From Nitrospirota bacterium (GTDB taxonomy: Bacteria; Nitrospirota; 9FT-COMBO-42-15; HDB-SIOI813), in assembly GCA_016217665.1 (NCBI GenBank), contig JACRHF010000019.1:1-47183 (forward strand): a stretch of 47,183 bases of DNA, given 5' to 3'. The translations under genes and the position numbers were made by a program. How positions within the stretch are numbered: position 1 is the stretch's first letter; the number at the start of each line of letters is the position of its first letter. Below, piece after piece: positions 42,153 to 47,183 of this stretch. The notes below the pieces were generated by a model that saw nothing but the letters and a program-made list of their open reading frames with translations, was not told the DNA's origin and did no database searches.

Positions 42153-42557
42153 CTATATTGCATAACGCATGGTCATTAAAAAATCAGCGAACTCCTTCTC
42201 TACAAATCCTTCCAGGTGAGACGATATCCGCTCATACCGGCAGAGAAGCTCCTTGGCCTCCTTTGAAAGCTGAGTCCCACCCCCATTGGCGCCGCCAACC
42301 TGCGTACTCATCATCTTAATCCCAAGACGATTCTCCATCATATGAAGATAACTCCAGGCCTTCCGGTAAGGAATCTTAGCCGCTCTGGCCGCCTTATTAA
42401 TCGATCCGTATTGATCGATCCCTTTCAGCAGTTGAACCCTTCCCTCGCCAAAGAATGGTTCTCCACTGATCTCCAGCCATAGTTTTACACGAACAGAGAT
42501 ATTATTCTTTGCCGGTCTTATGCTCCTCTTGATCCTTCTGCTCTTCGTTGAGCGCAT
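42153..42557 (-). CDS. ModE N-terminal-like winged-helix regulator
   Basis: GEGRVQLLKGIDQYGSINKAARAAKIPYRKAWSYL matches the ModE/LysR-type HTH of molybdate-responsive regulators. The start is ambiguous (ATG 42557 or 42578), and either one overlaps the upstream tatA 3' end. Confidence 0.7.
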   Translation of the reverse strand: MRSTKSRRIKRSIRPAKNNISVRVKLWLEISGEPFFGEGRVQLLKGIDQYGSINKAARAAKIPYRKAWSYLHMMENRLGIKMMSTQVGGANGGGTQLSKEAKELLCRYERISSHLEGFVEKEFADFLMTMRYAI

Positions 42558-42744
42558 GGTCCACCCCTTTGCCTGCATCTTCTATCCCTTTGGTAATGCT
42601 CTCCTTGACATCATCCGCTGCCCGTTGAAAGCTCCTGAAGGCCTTTCCCAGATCCCTACCGATCTTCGGCAATTCCTTGGGTCCAATGACCAGCAAGGCA
42701 ATGATAATGATGAGTATCAGTTCCGGCGTCCCAATACCAAACAT
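42502..42744 (-). CDS. tatA: twin-arginine translocase TatA/E family protein
   Basis: 80 aa. MFGIGTPELILIIIIALLVIGPKELPKIGRDLGKA. Confidence 0.88.
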   Translation of the reverse strand: MFGIGTPELILIIIIALLVIGPKELPKIGRDLGKAFRSFQRAADDVKESITKGIEDAGKGVDHALNEEQKDQEEHKTGKE

Positions 42745-42759
42745 CGTACACCCCGGGGA

Positions 42760-42951
42760 TCAACCCGTCTTTTCCTTCTTCTCATTCTCCTGCTTCGTGT
42801 CTTCGATCTTGGAGGTCTCTGTCAGGCCGCGCTTAAATCCATTGATGGCCTTTCCCAGCCCCTCCCCGATCTGCGGAAGTTTCCCCGCGCCAAAGATGAT
42901 CATGACAATCACAAGGATTATCAAAAGCTCCGGGATCCCTAAGCCAAACAT
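42760..42951 (-). CDS. tatA: twin-arginine translocase TatA/E family protein
   Basis: 63 aa. [45 protein letters not shown]. Confidence 0.9.
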   Translation of the reverse strand: MFGLGIPELLIILVIVMIIFGAGKLPQIGEGLGKAINGFKRGLTETSKIEDTKQENEKKEKTG

Positions 42952-43055
42952 CGTATGACCCTCCTTTTCAGGACGTTATAGTCCTTTCCCACCATGTACA
43001 TGAAATATTCTAAACCTGCATAACCACAAAATCAAGGAGTTTATTGGAATGGGTG

Positions 43056-43297
43056 TAATGCCTCGGTGAAGGGGGGGCCGTTTCCCCTTCGCTCCTGGCC
43101 TTCGCAGTTGACCTATCTTTTGTATGAATTGGGGACTCGCAGGCGGGGAAGCCTTCCAGCCTCTAACGGGCTGGCTTTTTTCGCTTCGCTCAATGCAAGC
43201 ACTGCCCTCCGCTGCTCGCCCATTATTTAGAAGTCAGGTGCCCAACTGCTTCGGCAAGTCGCGAAGGGGAAACGGCCCCCCCTTCACCGAAACATTA
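43056..43297. mobile_element. MITE-like palindromic element, copy 2 (242 bp)
   Basis: 37-nt terminal inverted repeats: TAATGCCTCGGTGAAGGGGGGGCCGTTTCCCCTTCGC (43056-43092) vs 43261-43297, complementary except for 2 transitions. The internal sequence is shared with 15622-15844 apart from two short indel blocks. Confidence 0.7.
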
Positions 43298-43352
43298 CGA
43301 AGATTCTTTATTTCATGTTGACAAGACCTGACTTTTGCATTAATTAATAGAC

Positions 43353-44507
43353 ATGCGAAGATACGGGCGTATGACACTATTTTTATTGATATTCGCTTTT
43401 TCCCCCCTCCCCTCTCCCGCCGCAGAAGGACCTGCAGAGACACCGCCGGCTGTCCTGAATGCCATCCGCTACCGGTCGGATCAGGATTCCCTGCGGATCG
43501 TCCTTGAACTCAGCGGTCCTGCGGCCTTTGCTGACCGTTATCTCCATAATCCTGACCGGATATATATCGATCTGGATCATACCTCTGTGGCAGACCCTAT
43601 CGCCCCCATAGAGACCGGGGACGGGATTGTGAAACTGATCCGGTCGGGACAACACGATAAAGAGACTGTGCGTATCGTGATAGAATTGAACAACGCTGTC
43701 GACTGTACGGTCTTTCCGCTGACCTCGCCGGACAGACTCGTGATTGATATCTCTAAAAAGACCCTTGCCTCCCAGAGGCCTGACAGTCCGGTAATCCGCA
43801 CCATCGTCATCGACCCGGGACACGGGGGCAAAGACCCTGGGGCTATCGGAAGGCACGATCTGATGGAGAAGGAGATTGTGCTGGATGTGGGACTTCGTCT
43901 GAGGGGGCTGATTAAGGAGAGACTCGGGGCCCATGTGATCATGACCAGGGAAGAGGACATCTTTATCCCCCTGGAGGAACGGACGGCGATTGCCAACGCA
44001 AAGGACGCGGATCTGTTCATATCGATTCATGCCAATTCGAGCAGGAAGAAGGAGGCTAAGGGCGTAGAGACCTATCTCCTGGGCAGGGCTACAGATAAGG
44101 ATGCTATGGATGCCGCCCTGCGGGAGAACAGCGCCCCCCGGAATCACTCCCCAGATGATCTCCAATTCATATTGACCGACCTGATGACCACGGCCAGGAA
44201 GGATGAATCACTGAGGCTGGCCCACTATGTCCAGGCCAACCTTGTGGAGAAACTGGAACCCCGCTATAAGTCTGTGGATCACGGTGTCAAACAGGCGCCG
44301 TTCTATGTCCTTGTGAATGCGAAGATGCCGAGCATCCTTGCGGAGATCTCTTTTATCAGCAATCCTGAGGAAGAACGGCTGCTGGCAGAAGGGGGATATC
44401 GTCAGGTAATTGCTGAGGCCATCTTTGAAGGGATCAAGAAATACGTGCAGTCCACTTCCATGTTAGCCCAACCTGGAGAGGCAGCAAATACCCCTATCCG
44501 ACGATAG
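43353..44507 (+). CDS. N-acetylmuramoyl-L-alanine amidase with N-terminal AMIN domain
   Basis: 384 aa. Signal peptide, AMIN-like region (IRYRSDQDSLRIVLELSG...RIYIDL) and Amidase_3 motifs VIDPGHGGKDPGA and FISIHANS. Confidence 0.9.
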   Translation: MRRYGRMTLFLLIFAFSPLPSPAAEGPAETPPAVLNAIRYRSDQDSLRIVLELSGPAAFADRYLHNPDRIYIDLDHTSVADPIAPIETGDGIVKLIRSGQHDKETVRIVIELNNAVDCTVFPLTSPDRLVIDISKKTLASQRPDSPVIRTIVIDPGHGGKDPGAIGRHDLMEKEIVLDVGLRLRGLIKERLGAHVIMTREEDIFIPLEERTAIANAKDADLFISIHANSSRKKEAKGVETYLLGRATDKDAMDAALRENSAPRNHSPDDLQFILTDLMTTARKDESLRLAHYVQANLVEKLEPRYKSVDHGVKQAPFYVLVNAKMPSILAEISFISNPEEERLLAEGGYRQVIAEAIFEGIKKYVQSTSMLAQPGEAANTPIRR

Positions 44508-44518
44508 CCTTGCCGACC

Positions 44519-45355
44519 ATGACCTATAACGTAAGGCTCCTCTTAGAATACGATGGAACAAACTTCCACGGCTGGCAGAGACAGGCCGGCCTGCCGACCA
44601 TCCAGGGGACACTGGAAGAGGCGCTTGCCCGCATCACGAAACAACCGGTTACCCTATTCGGGGCAGGCCGCACCGATGCCGGAGTCCATGCCGCAGGTCA
44701 GGTGGCCAACTTCAGGAGCTCCTTAAAACTGACGGAATCCTCATGGGTAAAGGCCATCAATTCACTCGTCCCCCCGGATATCGTCATCAGGAGCGCAGAG
44801 TATGTCCCCCCGGAATTTCATGCGAGATACAGTGCCAAGAGCAAGGTGTATCAGTATACGATATTAACCTCTGAACAGCGGGCTCCCTTTCTTAGAAACT
44901 ATGTATGGCATGTAAGACAGCCCCTGAACATCCCTGCCATGCAGGAGGCCTCCGGATATCTCATCGGGACACACGACTTCTCCTCTTTCAGGGCATCGGA
45001 GTGTGTTGCAAAATCACCGGTACGTACATTAGACCGGCTGGAAATCACTTATACACAGCTTACGGCAACAGCAGGACAAGAAAGTGCCATGCCCCAAATC
45101 AGGCGGGATTTTCTAATCCCGCTGAATAGGATGCCCTGCAATGCGACTATGATCCTTTTCACCCTGAAGGCCAGATCCTACCTGCAGCACATGGTCCGAA
45201 ATATTATAGGGACATTGAATGATGTGGGGAGGGGGAGATTTAAACCATCTGATGTCAGGGAGATCCTAGAAAAGAAGGACCGTCGTTATGCTGGACCTAT
45301 TGCCCCACCTCAGGGATTAGTTTTACTCAGTGTAAGATATGATGATGGATTTTAA
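44519..45355 (+). CDS. truA: tRNA pseudouridine(38-40) synthase TruA
   Basis: ATG at 44519 (the track starts at TTG 44510). LEYDGTNFHGWQRQ and the GAGRTDAGVHA catalytic Asp motif. Confidence 0.92.
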   Translation: MTYNVRLLLEYDGTNFHGWQRQAGLPTIQGTLEEALARITKQPVTLFGAGRTDAGVHAAGQVANFRSSLKLTESSWVKAINSLVPPDIVIRSAEYVPPEFHARYSAKSKVYQYTILTSEQRAPFLRNYVWHVRQPLNIPAMQEASGYLIGTHDFSSFRASECVAKSPVRTLDRLEITYTQLTATAGQESAMPQIRRDFLIPLNRMPCNATMILFTLKARSYLQHMVRNIIGTLNDVGRGRFKPSDVREILEKKDRRYAGPIAPPQGLVLLSVRYDDGF

Positions 45356-45368
45356 CCCCGTCTTCCTG

Positions 45369-45404
45369 AAGACAGGCTATATGTAGCCGTCTTACTCCTT
45401 TTTT
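45369..45404 (+). terminator. weak candidate intrinsic terminator after truA
   Basis: AAGACAGGC tatatgta GCCGTCTT (one bulge), followed 5 nt later by TTTTTT. Confidence 0.3.
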
Positions 45405-45475
45405 CCACAATATAATGGGTAATTTTCCACAGCACCCCCCTATTATAACCTCTTATATTTCAATGATTTTTCTAC

Positions 45476-45503
45476 TTGACAACGTATTTTTGTAGTGTAT
45501 ACT
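45476..45503 (+). promoter_or_regulatory. near-consensus sigma-70 promoter of the dcw cluster (Pmra-like)
   Basis: TTGACA (45476-45481), 16-nt spacer, TATACT (45498-45503), about 80 nt upstream of mraZ. Confidence 0.65.
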
Positions 45504-45504
45504 T

Positions 45505-45544
45505 GTGGTGTTTTGTGGGGCAAAGTGGGATAAAGTGGTTTAAT
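45505..45544 (+). promoter_or_regulatory. candidate MraZ operator: four GTGGN direct repeats at exact 10-bp spacing
   Basis: GTGGTGTTTT GTGGGGCAAA GTGGGATAAA GTGGTTTAAT, starting 2 nt after the -10. E. coli MraZ is known to bind GTGGG repeats with 10-bp periodicity downstream of Pmra. Confidence 0.6.
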
Positions 45545-45584
45545 AGAGAGCGCCAGTGGGAGAGGGAGGAGGGCCCAGGCTTCC

Positions 45585-46028
45585 ATGTTTCGTGGAAGAT
45601 TTATCCATACTATAGACGCAAAAGGACGTCTGAGCATACCAGCCAGATTCAGAGAGACCCTCATCGAGAGACACGCCGGGAGATTAATCCTCACCAATGA
45701 CCTGCTGGACAAGTGCATCGTTGCCTATACCCCCGCAGGGTGGGAGGAGCTTGAGGCAAAGATCCGGAAGGCCTCCTCAATGGATGAGGGTGTCAAGGCA
45801 TTCAGCCGTCATTTCTTCTCCTCTGCAGAGGATTGCGCAATGGACAGCCAGGGGAGGATCCTTCTGTCTCCAAGGCTGAGAGAATATGCCGGTCTAACCA
45901 AAGAGGCCTTAGTAGCCGGGGTTGCAAATCACAAGATCGAGATCTGGAATCCGGCCCTTTGGGAACAGACGATGGCGGCCATTGATCCGAGGGCGATTAC
46001 AAAGAGGATCGCGGAATTAGGGATATGA
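45585..46028 (+). CDS. mraZ: transcriptional regulator MraZ
   Basis: 147 aa. Duplicated DxxGR motifs (IDAKGRLSIP, MDSQGRILLS). Confidence 0.95.
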   Translation: MFRGRFIHTIDAKGRLSIPARFRETLIERHAGRLILTNDLLDKCIVAYTPAGWEELEAKIRKASSMDEGVKAFSRHFFSSAEDCAMDSQGRILLSPRLREYAGLTKEALVAGVANHKIEIWNPALWEQTMAAIDPRAITKRIAELGI

Positions 46029-46043
46029 AAACCGGGCAGATCA

Positions 46044-46976
46044 GTGAGTCAACGACATATTCCCGTTTTACTGAATGAAGTCTTAGAGGCCCTGAGGTGT
46101 GAGCGCCCCGGCCTCTATGTAGATTGTACAGTAGGCGCCGGCGGGCATGCAAAGGGCATCCTGACATCTTCTCCGGAGAACAGGCTCATCGGCATGGACT
46201 GGGATAATGAGGCTATTGAGACTGCCTCTGAAAATTTAAAGGATTTCGGTGCAAGGGTGACTCTCATTCGCGAAGACTTCTCGTCTCTTAAGACAACTCT
46301 CAAAGAACAGAATATCCGGGAGGCGGACGGATTTCTCTTTGACCTCGGACTTTCTTCCATGCAGCTTAGCTCCAGGGAACGGGGGTTCAGCTTTCAGGAA
46401 GATGCCCCCCTCGACATGCGCATGGATAAAAGGAAAAAGACCACAGCCTATGACCTGGTAAACAAACTTCCGGCAAGGGAGCTTGTAAATATCCTCAGGC
46501 TCTATGGGGAAGAACGGTGGACCAGGAAGATCGTATCCGCCCTAATGCGGGAGAGGGAGAATGGGCCTATTGCCGGCACCCGGCAATTAGCTGACATGAT
46601 CAGCTCAGCCGTTCCGCCCTTTTACCGGAGAGGTCCTATTCATCCCGCAACAAAGACATTTCAGGCATTAAGGATCGCCGTAAACATGGAGTTGGAATAT
46701 TTAGGAACCGCCATCAAAGATGCGGTAGGGCATCTGAAGCACGGTGGGCGCATCTGTGTCATATCTTTTCATTCATTAGAGGACAGGATTGTGAAAGGGG
46801 CATTCCGGGACATGGAAAGGGGGTGCCTGTGTCCACCCCGGATTCCTTACTGCGTATGCGGGCTGGAAAAGAGCCTCAGGGTCCTGACCCGTAAACCTAT
46901 CCGGCCTTCATCATCTGAGATCATCAGCAACCCGCGGGCAAGAAGTGCAAGGTTGAGAGTCGCTGAAAAGGTGTAA
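46044..46976 (+). CDS. rsmH: 16S rRNA (cytosine1402-N4)-methyltransferase RsmH
   Basis: 310 aa, GTG start. HIPVLLNEV, DCTVGAGGH, FDLGLSSMQL and SFHSLEDRIVK motifs. Confidence 0.95.
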   Translation: MSQRHIPVLLNEVLEALRCERPGLYVDCTVGAGGHAKGILTSSPENRLIGMDWDNEAIETASENLKDFGARVTLIREDFSSLKTTLKEQNIREADGFLFDLGLSSMQLSSRERGFSFQEDAPLDMRMDKRKKTTAYDLVNKLPARELVNILRLYGEERWTRKIVSALMRERENGPIAGTRQLADMISSAVPPFYRRGPIHPATKTFQALRIAVNMELEYLGTAIKDAVGHLKHGGRICVISFHSLEDRIVKGAFRDMERGCLCPPRIPYCVCGLEKSLRVLTRKPIRPSSSEIISNPRARSARLRVAEKV

Positions 46977-47024
46977 GCGGCCGTTGCAGATTTTCTTAAA
47001 TCATTTTATGATAGGAGGAATACC

Positions 47025-47183
47025 GTGCGTTTAATCCTGCGTAGTCTGATCATCATTTTTGCAGTGATGCTCCTTTATGCCGTTCAACGCATCAATGTCA
47101 TGCGGCTGGGATATGATATCCAGGACCTGAAAAACGACAAGAAACACTTAGAACAGATCCATAAAAGCCTGCTGATAGAAAAG
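47025..47183 (+). CDS. ftsL: cell division protein FtsL, N-terminal 53 codons (runs off the window end)
   Basis: Not in the ORF track. GTG at 47025 with AGGAGG at 47013-47018. My translation MRLILRSLIIIFAVMLLYAVQRINVMRLGYDIQDLKNDKKHLEQIHKSLLIEK is a TM segment plus coiled coil. The position after rsmH is canonical. Confidence 0.7.
   Translation, partial: MRLILRSLIIIFAVMLLYAVQRINVMRLGYDIQDLKNDKKHLEQIHKSLLIEK

Noticed and set aside
42952-43055. Moco riboswitch upstream of the tatA / ModE-like / Moco gene block
   Set aside because: The leader is short and I could not see the conserved Moco-motif helices. Only a small AGGAC..GTCCT hairpin lies next to the RBS. A covariance-model search (Rfam RF01055) would settle it.
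43383-44165. 260-aa minus-strand ORF
   Set aside because: It is antisense to the well-supported AMIN/Amidase_3 gene, so it is a shadow ORF.

Overview
This is a chromosomal window of about 52% GC from an unidentified bacterium. No rRNA is present, so I make no taxon call. I found no transposase, integrase or CRISPR array.

Gene content from left to right:
- ECF sigma / anti-sigma pair
- ParE/RelE-type toxin-antitoxin pair
- type I sulfide:quinone oxidoreductase
- a fused BrnT-BrnA ORF
- Fe-S DinG-type helicase and RlmI
- a DUF4143 AAA ATPase bracketed by perfect 41-bp direct repeats
- a clostripain (C11)-like lipoprotein, plus a truncated duplicate of its 5' end
- a Uma2 nuclease
- a 938-aa surface lipoprotein
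- RecQ, tRNA-Ser(CGA), an ORF6N protein and an NAD(P)H-binding protein
- a long minus-strand block from 42.9 to 19.6 kb: two tatA genes, a ModE-like gene, mobB, a mogA/moaB-family gene, mobA, moeA, a NapF-like ferredoxin, blaI, yqaA, and a complete nuoA-N operon
- an AMIN-domain amidase and truA
- the start of the dcw cluster (mraZ, rsmH, partial ftsL)

The most interesting part is the nuo operon, which departs from the standard layout in four ways:
- It carries four antiporter-like subunit genes instead of three. These are an L-like gene without a lateral helix, an L-like gene with a long C-terminal helix tail and an Asn at the TM7 Lys position, then nuoM and nuoN.
- An 83-aa two-TM ORF is inserted among them.
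- A stand-alone cyclic-nucleotide-binding-domain gene is translationally coupled between nuoG and nuoH.
- Four gene junctions contain tandem 7-mer or 15-mer repeats that start at the upstream stop codon.

The window is also densely seeded with several families of palindromic non-autonomous repeats. Some of these overlap or re-write coding sequence.
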